Shown one piece after another: positions 1-9,978 of a DNA stretch of 41,247 nt. The stretch is from an uncultured Eubacteriales bacterium (GTDB lineage: Bacteria > Bacillota > Clostridia > DSM-8532 > CAYYEC01). The position numbers were made by a program, and so were the translations under genes. The stretch is taken from the NCBI GenBank assembly GCA_964470745.1, contig CAYYEC010000001.1:1-41247 (forward strand), read 5' to 3'. Under the pieces are notes generated by a model. That model was given only the letters and a program-made list of their open reading frames with translations. It had not been told where the DNA came from and did no database searches. Positions within the stretch are counted from its first letter, which is position 1. The number at the start of each line of letters is the position of its first letter.

Positions 1-2
1 CC

Positions 3-332
3 TTTGAAGCATTGATAGGAGCAATCTATTTGGATAGTTCTATTGAAAAGGCAAAAGAATTTATTTTAAGTAATATGAATAAAACCATATTAGATTCTGT
101 TAATGGCTCACTTTTTATGGATTTTAAAACTCAACTTCAAGAAGAGGTTCAAAAAAATGGTGAAAAGAAAATAAGTTATGATATTTTGGAAGAAAAAGGG
201 CCTGATCACGATAAAATATTTGTTATGCAGGTTTTAGTAGAAGATGCTGTAATGGGAAGTGGAAAAGGCAGGACAAAGAAAGAAGCTGAACAGAATGCTG
301 CTAAGTATGCCTTGAAGAACCATAGGTTTTGA
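3..332 (+). CDS. rnc: Ribonuclease III, C-terminal part (5' end outside window)
   Basis: The frame is open from the window edge. It has the FEALIGAIYLD catalytic-domain motif, then a dsRNA-binding domain (KTQLQE...GSGKGRTKKEAEQNAAKYAL). Confidence 0.9.
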   Translation, partial: FEALIGAIYLDSSIEKAKEFILSNMNKTILDSVNGSLFMDFKTQLQEEVQKNGEKKISYDILEEKGPDHDKIFVMQVLVEDAVMGSGKGRTKKEAEQNAAKYALKNHRF

Positions 333-397
333 ATTAATAGTTAAGGTTAATGAAATTATGTAGTAAAGTATCATAGTTTTTAAACGGGTGAAATTTC

Positions 398-1414
398 TTG
401 AGTAAACATATAAATATACCTATTTTTATTCCTCATAAAGGCTGTCCATATGACTGCATATTTTGCAATCAAAAGACAATAAGTGGACAGGTTGAAGACA
501 TGACAGAGTCACAAATAAAGTCGACTATAGAAGAGCATCTAAAATTTATTAAAGACTCTGATTATGTAGAGATCGCATTTTTTGGTGGAAGCTTTACTGG
601 TATTGATCAAAAGGAGCAAATTAGATATCTTGAGATTGCAAATAAGTACATTAAGTCTGGTTATGTTAAAACAATTAGACTTTCTACAAGGCCAGATTAT
701 ATAAATAATAATATTCTTGAATACTTAAAGCATTATAATGTCAGCATTATAGAATTAGGTGTTCAAAGTTTAGATGATAATGTATTAAACACTAGCTGCA
801 GGGGGCATAACAGTAAAGATGTTGTTGTTGCATCGGAGTTGATTAAAAACTTTGGCTTTAAACTAGGGATTCAAACCATGATAGGTTTGCCGGAAGATGA
901 TAGTGATAAAGCAATTGAAACTGCTAAGCGGGTAATAGAACTCGAGCCTGATATGGTTAGAATATATCCGGTATTAGTTGTGAGGGGTACATTTTTAGAA
1001 AAGATGTATAGAGAGAATAAATATATTCCTCTATGCCTAGAAGAAGCCGTAAATTTAAGCGTAAAACTTCTTCAAATGTATGAAGAGAATAATATTAATG
1101 TTATAAGAATCGGACTTCAGGCCACAGAAAATATAAATGAAAATATGGATGTGATTGCTGGACCTTTCCATCCAGCTTTTAGGCAGCTAGTAGAATCAAA
1201 ATTATTTTTAAAGAAAATAGAAGAAAAGATTGTAAGAGAAAATCTTTATAATAATGAAAATATTATAATATATACTGATAGAAGAAATGTTTCAAATATA
1301 ATTGGGCAAAAGAAGTATAATATCATTTTTTTAAAAAATAAATATGGGTTTAAGAATATTAAAGTAATTGATAGTATTGAGAGTGGGTATTTAAAAGTCG
1401 TTAACGAAAAATAA
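398..1414 (+). CDS. Radical SAM protein, ELP3/MiaB-like family
   Basis: CPYDCIFCNQ (CX3CX2C) lies near the N-terminus in the HINIPIFIPHKGCP context. Length is 338 aa, with a TTG start behind a weak SD. Confidence 0.8.
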   Translation: MSKHINIPIFIPHKGCPYDCIFCNQKTISGQVEDMTESQIKSTIEEHLKFIKDSDYVEIAFFGGSFTGIDQKEQIRYLEIANKYIKSGYVKTIRLSTRPDYINNNILEYLKHYNVSIIELGVQSLDDNVLNTSCRGHNSKDVVVASELIKNFGFKLGIQTMIGLPEDDSDKAIETAKRVIELEPDMVRIYPVLVVRGTFLEKMYRENKYIPLCLEEAVNLSVKLLQMYEENNINVIRIGLQATENINENMDVIAGPFHPAFRQLVESKLFLKKIEEKIVRENLYNNENIIIYTDRRNVSNIIGQKKYNIIFLKNKYGFKNIKVIDSIESGYLKVVNEK

Positions 1415-1577
1415 ATATAAAAGTTTGTAGGTCTATTAAGTATATTATTCAGGTTATACAGAACACAAATTTAGGAAATAGATTTTATAATGCTTTGAAT
1501 GAAGTGGTGTACCTACCGGAATGCTACACAAGCCTCGACCAGCTAATAAAACTATAAAATAGAAGCGTAATAAACTA

Positions 1578-3083
1578 CTAGATATTGTTGGTTTGCGATG
1601 ATTGTATGGAGCTCATTTCATCCGTGATTTCTACTTCAATGTTTTCAACTGATGGGTCAAGGTTTATAGTATAAATGGAAGTTCCTACATTTGTTAGATC
1701 AATACTAAAGGATTGAGGTATATTATATTTTTCAGGGAAAAAATACTCGTTAAATTCTAAGTTGAAGGTTCCTTTATCAAGCTGAAATTTTACTATTCCA
1801 TCTTCATCTGATATTTGATAATCATCAAATTGTTTTTCTGACAAGATGGATTTACCTGTTACTCTTAAAAAAACATTTGGAATAGCTTTACCTGTGCTTC
1901 CGTCACAAAATTTAATCTGTAAAGCATATATACTCCCATCTGCGGCAGATACTACATTTGTTGATTTGCTTAAGTTTAACAGGTTTGAAAAAGTGGGAAG
2001 GTAATTCGCTTTATAAAAATCTGATTTAAAAGTATAAAATTCATAAGAAAATAGAAAAAAGATGGTAAAAGCAAGGGTATATATAAGTACCTTTTTAGTA
2101 ATGCGTTTATATGATCGAAAAATAGCAATGTTTGAAAGTGGATAAATTGAAGATTTGACAAAAATAAAATTCAATAGTCTTTTTATAAAAATAAATAATA
2201 TTGGTATTATTATCAAAGCTATAGAAGTTACTAAATAAATTAAAGAATAATAAAAAAAAGAGTCCTTTACATAAGTTACTAACATAATAGTATCTATTGA
2301 TAGATTGGAGAAAAATTCTGTGAATTTACCTGGTAAGAGTGTTAAAGTATAAATGAGCATAAATGTTCCTAAAGCTAAACCTACAATGCCAGAAATAAAT
2401 ATTGAATTTCTTATAAATTTGAACAAACTAAAAGCATTTCTTGAAAGAAGCATTGAAATAAATGCAACAAGAAAATAAAATATCAACATTATAGAAGGTG
2501 ACCTTTTTATTATAAAGTAAATTAGCTTTAATACTTTTAATTGATTCTCGAGCTCCAGTTTGTTAAAATACATTAATATTAAACTTGAATTAATTTTCTC
2601 AATCTGCGTAACTGATTCTGCAGTTATAAAGCTTGTATCACTAGTTGTATCAGCACTATTTAGACTATAATAGGACTCGTCACTTAAAGAAGAGCTGTCT
2701 TCGCTCTTCAAATATATATCAGGCAGAGTATTCCTTTTGCCTTTTAGATATGAAAACAAATCATCAGTAATTGAATTTATATTATAAGTAATCATATCCT
2801 GGGTTAACATTTTGTCTATAATATCAAGAACTTCTGTATATTCTTCAGAATTGCCTGGCAATTGACTTTTTATTCCATTAAGTGCTTTTTGGAATGAATT
2901 GCCAACAATTGAATATGTATAGGAATATAATTGTATTTTTTGAAATATATACCTATGGAAATTTGCCGCAAAAAGAGTTCTGTCTGTCAATATTGAAGTT
3001 TGAATTAATAGAAGTAATAAACTACCGATTAATAAAAATACAAGATTAGATATATAGAGTGAGTTTTTTTTGTATTTTTTCAT
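1578..3083 (-). CDS. Multi-pass membrane protein with C-terminal beta-sandwich (CarboxypepD_reg-like) domain, function unknown
   Basis: Several hydrophobic helices; the C-terminal segment GKAIPNVFLRVTGKS...DEDGIVKFQLDKGTFNLEF is typical of that fold. Start set at the MKKYKK ATG (3083), 8 nt after GGGGGT. Confidence 0.6.
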   Translation of the reverse strand: MKKYKKNSLYISNLVFLLIGSLLLLLIQTSILTDRTLFAANFHRYIFQKIQLYSYTYSIVGNSFQKALNGIKSQLPGNSEEYTEVLDIIDKMLTQDMITYNINSITDDLFSYLKGKRNTLPDIYLKSEDSSSLSDESYYSLNSADTTSDTSFITAESVTQIEKINSSLILMYFNKLELENQLKVLKLIYFIIKRSPSIMLIFYFLVAFISMLLSRNAFSLFKFIRNSIFISGIVGLALGTFMLIYTLTLLPGKFTEFFSNLSIDTIMLVTYVKDSFFYYSLIYLVTSIALIIIPILFIFIKRLLNFIFVKSSIYPLSNIAIFRSYKRITKKVLIYTLAFTIFFLFSYEFYTFKSDFYKANYLPTFSNLLNLSKSTNVVSAADGSIYALQIKFCDGSTGKAIPNVFLRVTGKSILSEKQFDDYQISDEDGIVKFQLDKGTFNLEFNEYFFPEKYNIPQSFSIDLTNVGTSIYTINLDPSVENIEVEITDEMSSIQSSQTNNI

Positions 3084-3442
3084 TAGATTTACCCCCATTT
3101 TACGTTCCCTAAGTTCCATTATAACATGTTTTTAATTGAAATATCTCTGGCAAAAAAAACAAGTAAAAGCAAAAGATTTATTTGTTTCATTTTAAAATGT
3201 AGTAGAAATAAATTTTATAAAAGTTTGTATTTTGATATGTGGTTCTAAATATATATGGTAATATAATGAATATAATGTTATATATGGAAAAATGTTTACC
3301 TATAATTATATGGGGGTAAATATTATAAAATTGGAGTTTATCTATTTTCGCTTATAGTTTTGAGAAAAACGCGGCGAAAAATAAGCACTAAATATTTTGT
3401 GGCGCCATAGATTGTTATATAACTCAGAAGGGGGTCGAGATC

Positions 3443-5377
3443 ATGAAAAATCATGATATTTCAAGTTTAATTAAGAAGGATAGAGAAGAAAGAAAAACTT
3501 CAGATTTTGAAGGGACTTTTATGGACTATGTTAATATAGTTAAAGAAAATCCTCATGTAGCGATATTAGCCCATCAGAGAATGTATGAATTAATTAACAA
3601 TCCTGGAGTGGAGATAATCAAAACAGATGAGAATCCCAGATTGAGAAGAATTTACGGAAATGACACCATAAAAAAATACAATTTCTTTTCGGATAATTTT
3701 TATGGGATAGATAAAACTATAATGAAAATTGCCAGATATTTTCACTCGGCCGCTATGGCGGGAGAAGAGGCAAGACAAGTGTTATATCTAGTTGGGCCAG
3801 TTGGTGCAGGGAAATCGTCTTTAATGGAGGCTTTGAAAAGTGCATTAGAGGAAAGTGAGCCAATATATGCATTAAAGGGATGCCCTATTAGAGAGGAACC
3901 TCTTCACTTAGTTCCTAAACACTTAAGAAAAGAATTTGAAGAGATATTGGATGTTAAAATTGAAGGAGATTTATGTCCAGTTTGCCGCTATAAGCTAAAG
4001 AATGAATATAAAGGAGAATATGAAGAATTTCCCGTTGAGCAGGTGGATTTTTCAATTAGGTCCAGGAAAGGTATAGGAGTGGTTCCTCCTGTTGATCCAA
4101 ACAATCAAGATACATCTGTGCTAATAGGTTCAGTTGATATTTCTAAAATTGACTTGTATGCAGAAGATGACCCAAGAGTATTATCTTTAAATGGAGCTTT
4201 TAATGTAGGTAACAGAGGAATTGTTGAATTTATTGAAGTATTTAAAAATGAAACTGAATATCTTCATACTATGATTACAGCAACACAAGAGAAGTCAATA
4301 CCCTCTCCCGGTAAAGGCTCAATGATTTATTTTGATGGAATAATTCTAGCTCATTCCAATGAGTCGGAATGGAATAAATTTAAATCTGACCACACAAATG
4401 AGGCTATACTGGATAGAATAGTGAAAATTGAAATTCCTTACTGTCTGGAATTAAATGAGGAAATTAAAATCTATAAAAAAATCCTTAAAAAGAGTAAGTT
4501 TGATGCTCATATTGCTCCTCATACCATTGAAGTTGCATCTATGTTTGCTATATTGTCAAGACTTACTCCGTCAAATAAGGTTGACCCAATGACAAAATTA
4601 AAAATTTATAATGGTGAAGAGATTATTGAAAAAGGTATGACAAGAAAAATAGACATTTTTGAGTTAAAGGATGAAGTAGCTTCCATGAGAGAGGGTATGA
4701 CTGGAATATCTACAAGGTTTATTATGAAAGCTCTTGATACAGCGCTGTCTGAATCTGAACATGATTGTATAAACCCTATTTCAATTATGGAGACATTGGT
4801 AAAGGCAGTAAAAGATATGTCTTTAAGTGAGGAAGAGGGAGTAAGATACTTAAGATTTATACAGGATTCAATAAAGAAGGAATATAATAAAATACTTGAA
4901 AAAGAGATAACAAAAGCATTTATTCATGGTTATAGAGAGCAGGCTGAAAGTCTTTTTAACAATTATCTGGATCATGCTGAGGCATTTGTGAATAAGACTA
5001 AGATAAAGGATAAAAACACTGGTGAAGAACTGGAGCCGGATGAAAAGTTCTTGAGATCAATAGAAGAACAAATTGGGATTTCAGGAACTGCAGCTAAAGG
5101 TTTTAGATCCGATGTTACAGCATATATGTTCTATGTGCTTCGAAACGGTGGAAAACTTGATTTTAATAGCTATGAACCTCTTAAAGAAGCAATTGAAAAG
5201 AAATTGACTGCTTCAGTTAGAGAGTTGAGCAGAATTATTACTTTAACAAAGGTAAGAGATAAGGAGCAAAATGAAAAATTTAATGCAATGGTTGAAGAAA
5301 TGAAGAAGAATGGATATTGTGATCACTGCTGTAATGTTGTATTGAAATATGCCGCTAATAATTTGTGGAAAGATTAG
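3443..5377 (+). CDS. prkA: PrkA-family serine protein kinase (AAA+/Lon-like)
   Basis: 644 aa with Walker A LVGPVGAGKSS. It has full-length PrkA/YeaG character and sits with yhbH and spoVR. Confidence 0.9.
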   Translation: MKNHDISSLIKKDREERKTSDFEGTFMDYVNIVKENPHVAILAHQRMYELINNPGVEIIKTDENPRLRRIYGNDTIKKYNFFSDNFYGIDKTIMKIARYFHSAAMAGEEARQVLYLVGPVGAGKSSLMEALKSALEESEPIYALKGCPIREEPLHLVPKHLRKEFEEILDVKIEGDLCPVCRYKLKNEYKGEYEEFPVEQVDFSIRSRKGIGVVPPVDPNNQDTSVLIGSVDISKIDLYAEDDPRVLSLNGAFNVGNRGIVEFIEVFKNETEYLHTMITATQEKSIPSPGKGSMIYFDGIILAHSNESEWNKFKSDHTNEAILDRIVKIEIPYCLELNEEIKIYKKILKKSKFDAHIAPHTIEVASMFAILSRLTPSNKVDPMTKLKIYNGEEIIEKGMTRKIDIFELKDEVASMREGMTGISTRFIMKALDTALSESEHDCINPISIMETLVKAVKDMSLSEEEGVRYLRFIQDSIKKEYNKILEKEITKAFIHGYREQAESLFNNYLDHAEAFVNKTKIKDKNTGEELEPDEKFLRSIEEQIGISGTAAKGFRSDVTAYMFYVLRNGGKLDFNSYEPLKEAIEKKLTASVRELSRIITLTKVRDKEQNEKFNAMVEEMKKNGYCDHCCNVVLKYAANNLWKD

Positions 5378-5380
5378 GTT

Positions 5381-5455
5381 GAGATTGAGCTTGAGTATAT
5401 TATCACACGAAGTGTGATTATACAAATCTTAATCTTAATCTGCACCAAAGGTGCA
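5381..5455 (+). other. Structured intercistronic element (long imperfect hairpin plus small SD-proximal hairpin) between prkA and yhbH
   Basis: 5382-5395 pairs with 5428-5441 (11 WC, 2 GU, 1 mismatch). This encloses the hairpin ATCACAC-GAA-GTGTGAT (5402-5418). TGCACC-AAA-GGTGCA follows at 5441-5455, just before the SD GGAGGTG. Confidence 0.55.
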
Positions 5456-5472
5456 CATGGAGGTGAATTGAG

Positions 5473-6687
5473 ATGGCTATTTTTAAGGAATTTAATGCAG
5501 AGAAGAATGACCGAAGTGCTGAGGATAGAAGAAGACATCGACAATTGGTTGAAGAGTCTATAAAAAAAAATATAACTGATATCATTGCAGAAGAAAGCAT
5601 TATTGGACAAAGCAAGAACAAGAAAATAAAAATACCAATAAAGAGCATTAAAGAGTACCAATTTATATATGGTAAAAATTCAGGTGGAGTTGGCTCTGGG
5701 GATGGAAGTGAAAAACGAGGAGACAAAGTTGGAGAAGATGGTTCTGGAAAAAGTGGTAAAGGAAAAGGACAGGCAGGAAATGATGAAGGAGAAGATATAT
5801 ACGAAACAGAGATTACGCTTGAGGAATTAATAAATTATTTATTTGAAGATTTGGATTTACCTGACATTGATAAAAAGAAGATGGCAGAAATAGAATCAAC
5901 AAAGAGCCATAGGAATCTTGGATACCAAAGAAAAGGAATCCCACCAAGGTTAGCAAAGAAACGATCTGTAATAGAAAAAATCAAAAGAAAACAAGCATAT
6001 AAGAGATCTCATGATTTAAACAATGATGTAGAAGAGAATAACTCCACGGGCTTGGAATTGGAACAAGATAATGATAAAAGATTTCCATTTAGTGAGGATG
6101 ATTTAAGATATAAGAGATTAAAGGAAACCCGTAAGAAAGAGTTTAATGCAGTAGTTATATGTATAATGGATGTCTCTGGTTCAATGGATCAAACCAAAAA
6201 GTACATGGCCAGAAGTTTTTATTTTATGTTATATCAATGGATACGTACAAAATATACAAATGTTGAGGTAGTGTTTGTATCTCATACAACAGTTGCAAAA
6301 GAAGTTAATGAACAAGAATTTTTTCATAAGGGAGAGTCAGGAGGTACCTATATAAGTAGTGGCTATGAAAAGGCTCTGGAAATAATTGAGCAAAGGTATA
6401 ACCCTGTTTCATGGAACATTTACGCATTTCATTGCAGTGATGGGGATAACTGGTCGGAAGATAATAAAAAGGCAGTTGAGTCTGCTCAGAAGCTTTGTGA
6501 GGTATGTAATCTTTTTGGATATGGAGAGATTATTTCCGGCTATTATTTTTCAACCAGCACTATTAAAACCGAATTCCAAAAGAATATTAATAATAAAAAT
6601 TTTGCAGTAATAACTATGACTAAGAAAGAAGATATATTTCCAGGATTGAAAAAGCTGCTGGAAAAAGAAGGTGAGAAAGGGAATTGA
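5473..6687 (+). CDS. yhbH: YhbH/YeaH-family protein (DUF444, vWA-like), sporulation/stress associated
   Basis: 404 aa with a glycine/charged linker, then a vWA-like MIDAS motif (IMDVSGSM). It sits between prkA and spoVR. Confidence 0.85.
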   Translation: MAIFKEFNAEKNDRSAEDRRRHRQLVEESIKKNITDIIAEESIIGQSKNKKIKIPIKSIKEYQFIYGKNSGGVGSGDGSEKRGDKVGEDGSGKSGKGKGQAGNDEGEDIYETEITLEELINYLFEDLDLPDIDKKKMAEIESTKSHRNLGYQRKGIPPRLAKKRSVIEKIKRKQAYKRSHDLNNDVEENNSTGLELEQDNDKRFPFSEDDLRYKRLKETRKKEFNAVVICIMDVSGSMDQTKKYMARSFYFMLYQWIRTKYTNVEVVFVSHTTVAKEVNEQEFFHKGESGGTYISSGYEKALEIIEQRYNPVSWNIYAFHCSDGDNWSEDNKKAVESAQKLCEVCNLFGYGEIISGYYFSTSTIKTEFQKNINNKNFAVITMTKKEDIFPGLKKLLEKEGEKGN

Positions 6688-6732
6688 GAATGTAGAATTA
6701 TTTTTCTCTTTCTGTTTTTGTAGAGGATAAGG

Positions 6733-6802
6733 TTGAGGCTAAGAATTTAAGCAATTATTATTTAAATAATAATTTATTTTTGTATCTTAATCTTAATCTC
6801 AA
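6733..6802 (+). other. Second copy of the structured intercistronic element (yhbH-spoVR gap)
   Basis: TTGAGGCTAAGAATTTAAG (6733-6751) pairs with CTTAATCTTAATCTCAA (6786-6802). Between them is the perfect AT palindrome AATTATTATTTAAATAATAATT (6753-6774). Confidence 0.5.
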
Positions 6803-6829
6803 TTCTCAATTAAACTGGGGGTGTTGCTA

Positions 6830-8218
6830 ATGGCTGACTATAGTATAAATGAACTTAAAATGTGGAATGAGAAAGTTGAGGAAATAGCCCGGGAAGTGGG
6901 GCTTGATTATTATGAACAGGAATTTGAAATATGTGATTATGAAGATATGATTGGTTATGAAACGTATATAGGTATGCCTTCTCACTATCCGCACTGGAGT
7001 TTTGGGAAATCATATGAAAAAACAAAGACTCTTCATAGATATAATCTGTCAGGCTTGCCGTATGAGATGGTAATAAATTCAGACCCATGTATAGCATACT
7101 TAATGAAGGATAATACATTACTGTTGCAAATATTAACAATAGCACATGTTTATGGTCATAATGACTTTTTTAAGAATAATAGGTTGTTTAAAACTGGAAC
7201 AAGAGCCGGATATACTATTGAAACATTTAAAAATCATGCAAATAGAATAAGAGAATATATAGCTGATCCTACTATAGGTTATGAAAAAGTAGAAAAGATA
7301 CTAAATGCTGCTCATGCTCTAAAGCTTCAAACAAATAGAACTATTGGAGAGAAAAGATTGTCAACAGAAGAACTATTTGAGCGCAAGTTAGAGAACTTAA
7401 AAAAACCTGAAAGTGAATATCCTTTGTTAGAACTTAAAAAAACTAAGGAAGATATTCCAATAAATCTTAAAAAAATCCCAATTGAACCAGAAGAGGATAT
7501 ATTATTTTTTATATCCAGCTATGGAAGATTGAATGATTGGGAAAAAGATATTTTAGATATAGTAAGAGAGGAGACATCTTACTTTATTCCTCAAATGGAA
7601 ACAAAAATAATGAATGAAGGATGGGCAAGTTTTTGGCATTATAATATTCTAAAGAAGCTTGGACTTCCTCAGGGCTTGCATATAGAATTTTTAAAAAGAC
7701 ATAATCAGGTTATTAGACCACATTCGGGTAATATTAATCCTTATTTTGTAGGGTTTAAAATATTTGAAGATTTATATAAAGAGGGGGAAGGTATTAAGAA
7801 GATTTTTGAAGTAAGAGAAAATGAAAGAGACAATTCATTTTTGAGAAGATATCTTACCTACGATTTATGTAATGATATGAATTTGTTTGAGTATGTGAAA
7901 AGTGGAAAGGACTATATTGTATCTGAAGTGTCTGATGAAGAAGGATGGAAGAAAGTACGAGATTCTTTAGCAAATAGTGTTGGATTGGGTTCCGTACCAG
8001 TAATTAAAGTCATTGAATATGTTCAAAAGGATAATACCCTGATTTTAGAACATGAATATACAGGAAGAGAGCTTGAATTAAGCTATACCTATGAAACTTT
8101 AAAGCATATTGTTGATTTGTGGGATGGAAAGGTTATGCTGGATACTGTGCTGGATGAAAAGAGAAAGATTATTATGTGCGATGAGAACAAAAAGATTTCT
8201 ATGGTCAATGGTGAGTGA
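6830..8218 (+). CDS. spoVR: Stage V sporulation protein R (SpoVR/YcgB family)
   Basis: SpoVR-type motifs are present (HYPHWSFGK, AHVYGHNDFFKNN, NEGWASFWH). Start moved to the ATG at 6830, 7 nt after GGGGGTG. Confidence 0.9.
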   Translation: MADYSINELKMWNEKVEEIAREVGLDYYEQEFEICDYEDMIGYETYIGMPSHYPHWSFGKSYEKTKTLHRYNLSGLPYEMVINSDPCIAYLMKDNTLLLQILTIAHVYGHNDFFKNNRLFKTGTRAGYTIETFKNHANRIREYIADPTIGYEKVEKILNAAHALKLQTNRTIGEKRLSTEELFERKLENLKKPESEYPLLELKKTKEDIPINLKKIPIEPEEDILFFISSYGRLNDWEKDILDIVREETSYFIPQMETKIMNEGWASFWHYNILKKLGLPQGLHIEFLKRHNQVIRPHSGNINPYFVGFKIFEDLYKEGEGIKKIFEVRENERDNSFLRRYLTYDLCNDMNLFEYVKSGKDYIVSEVSDEEGWKKVRDSLANSVGLGSVPVIKVIEYVQKDNTLILEHEYTGRELELSYTYETLKHIVDLWDGKVMLDTVLDEKRKIIMCDENKKISMVNGE

Positions 8219-8509
8219 TTACATTATGGATGACAAATGTTGACAAATAGAGGAAGGATAAAAAAGATTTTAATAGTAAAAGCTCTGAAGAGAAGCAACT
8301 TTTTGGGGTTTTTACTTTGACTGACTTTTATTATTTAAATTTTATTTGTTAAAAAAACACGGATTATCAAAAAAACATTTATAAGCATAGTAAAATGTAT
8401 TTAAGAAAACTATCTTGAGGCTTATTTTCTTTAAGAAAAAACTATCAAATATGACAAACATATGTCCAATTTATGTTGTATAATTACTTTGAGGGGATGT
8501 GTGGCCAAA

Positions 8510-9421
8510 ATGAAGATAAATAGATTGCTTGAAATAACGATAATTTTACTAAATAAAGGAACCATTACTGCAAAAGAGCTAGCAGACAGGTTTGGGGTGT
8601 CTTCCAGAACAATCTATAGGGATGTTGATGTATTATCAAGTGCTGGAGTGCCTGTTTTTACGAATAAAGGCAACAGGGGTGGTATTTCTCTTTTGGAAAA
8701 CTACTCCCTTAATAAAACTCTCATATCAGAACATGAAAGTGAAAGTCTGTTGTTTGCTCTTAAAACTCTGCAGGCAACGAAATATCCTGAAATTGATAAT
8801 ATTCTTGATAAAATTGGAGCAGTATTCAAAAATACAGATTCAGCAGACTGGGTATATATTGATTTTTCTCCATGGAGTAGCAGGCCTAATGAATATAATA
8901 AGTTTATTGATATTAAAAAGGCAGTACTTGAACGTAAAATAATTTCATTTGATTATGTAAATGTTGAGGGAGGAAGAAGCTTCCGCAGAATTGAACCCAT
9001 GCGGTTAATATTCAAGGGTCAGGCATGGTATTTATGTGGGTATTGTAAAACAAGGAAGGAATTTCGTACTTTTCGTATTTCCAGAATGAAGAATGTAATT
9101 GTGACAGGTGAAGCCTTTGAAAGAAGAAAGCCGGAAGACTTTGTAAATCATAGGCACGCTGAAACCCCTAAAAAACTAATAAATTTGAAACTTAGATTTT
9201 ATCCTGAGGCTTTATACAGGCTTTATGATGATTTTGATGATGAGTTTATCATCAAAAATACTGATGGTACGTTTGCGGTATCAGTCACATTCCCAGAAGA
9301 TGAGTGGGTATATGGATACATAATGTCGTTTGGATGCTATGTTGAGGTATTGGAGCCAAAATATGTACAGCAAATAATTGCAGAAAGAATAAGAAAAACT
9401 TTGGAATTTTATGATAGATAA
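8510..9421 (+). CDS. YafY-family transcriptional regulator (wHTH + WYL + C-terminal extension)
   Basis: N-terminal MKINRLLEITIILLNKG...RTIYRDVDVL HTH; a WYL-type core (AWYLCGYC...FRTFRISRM); C-terminal ...VEVLEP... segment. Confidence 0.85.
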   Translation: MKINRLLEITIILLNKGTITAKELADRFGVSSRTIYRDVDVLSSAGVPVFTNKGNRGGISLLENYSLNKTLISEHESESLLFALKTLQATKYPEIDNILDKIGAVFKNTDSADWVYIDFSPWSSRPNEYNKFIDIKKAVLERKIISFDYVNVEGGRSFRRIEPMRLIFKGQAWYLCGYCKTRKEFRTFRISRMKNVIVTGEAFERRKPEDFVNHRHAETPKKLINLKLRFYPEALYRLYDDFDDEFIIKNTDGTFAVSVTFPEDEWVYGYIMSFGCYVEVLEPKYVQQIIAERIRKTLEFYDR

Positions 9422-9527
9422 TTTTGAGTATGGCATGCTGTCACTTAGGCATTAAATATTGAAAATGTATATTATGATTGGTATAATTATTTACAATATG
9501 GAAATTTAATTTATAAAAGGAGCTTGT

Positions 9528-9908
9528 ATGAAGAAAAAAGATGCTTTTTTAATTTCAGTAAGTAGTGATTTAGAAGCAAGTATGATTATTCCTGTATTAA
9601 TTGATAATGAAATTCCAGCCTATAAAAAATTTAAGGGATCTGGTTCCTATACTAATATATATATGGGAATGTCCAAAATGGGTATAGATATTTATGTTCC
9701 AGAGGAACAGTTAGCGAAGGCAAAAGAAATAGTACGAAGTATGAGTTACCAGAAAGAAAGTTCATTTTCTGATAATGAATTAGATGAAATTGAAAAGGAT
9801 TTCGCAAGAAAAAGACGAATAAGGGTTTGGATAGCAATATTATTGTTTATGCCTGGGATAATTTGGTTTGTGATTATGTTTATTGTAAAGTTATTAAATA
9901 TAATTTAA
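9528..9908 (+). CDS. DUF2007-like small protein with C-terminal TM helix
   Basis: Good SD (AAAGGAG). Has a DUF2007-like beta-alpha pattern (EASMIIPVLIDNEIPAY...IDIYVPEEQLAKAKEIV) and a hydrophobic tail. Confidence 0.55.
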   Translation: MKKKDAFLISVSSDLEASMIIPVLIDNEIPAYKKFKGSGSYTNIYMGMSKMGIDIYVPEEQLAKAKEIVRSMSYQKESSFSDNELDEIEKDFARKRRIRVWIAILLFMPGIIWFVIMFIVKLLNII

Positions 9909-9978
9909 TTATTATAAACTAATTTCGATTTATCATTTCCTTAAGGCTTCTATTCTTAAATATTCCGGCAATAATATT

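Noticed and set aside
3120-3442. Sigma-E or sigma-F/G type sporulation promoter upstream of prkA
   Set aside because: I found AAATATT and CATAGATT-like elements, but their spacing does not fit the consensus. No confident call is possible by eye.
5243-5726. Minus-strand ORFs 5243-5425, 5374-5661 and 5418-5726, and similar nested or antisense ORFs (1976-2161, 3590-3778, 6386-6610, 6855-7145, 8592-8942, 9652-9837, 11530-11727, 12546-12734, 13505-13708, 14016-14219)
   Set aside because: They lie inside or antisense to strongly supported conserved genes. Their composition is low-complexity, they have no SD and they show no recognisable motifs, as expected for chance ORFs in AT-rich DNA.
5426-6799. 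CRISPR-like repeat (identical 16-mer ATCTTAATCTTAATCT)
   Set aside because: There are only two copies, 1.36 kb apart, each in an intercistronic gap of an operon. There is no array structure and no cas genes.
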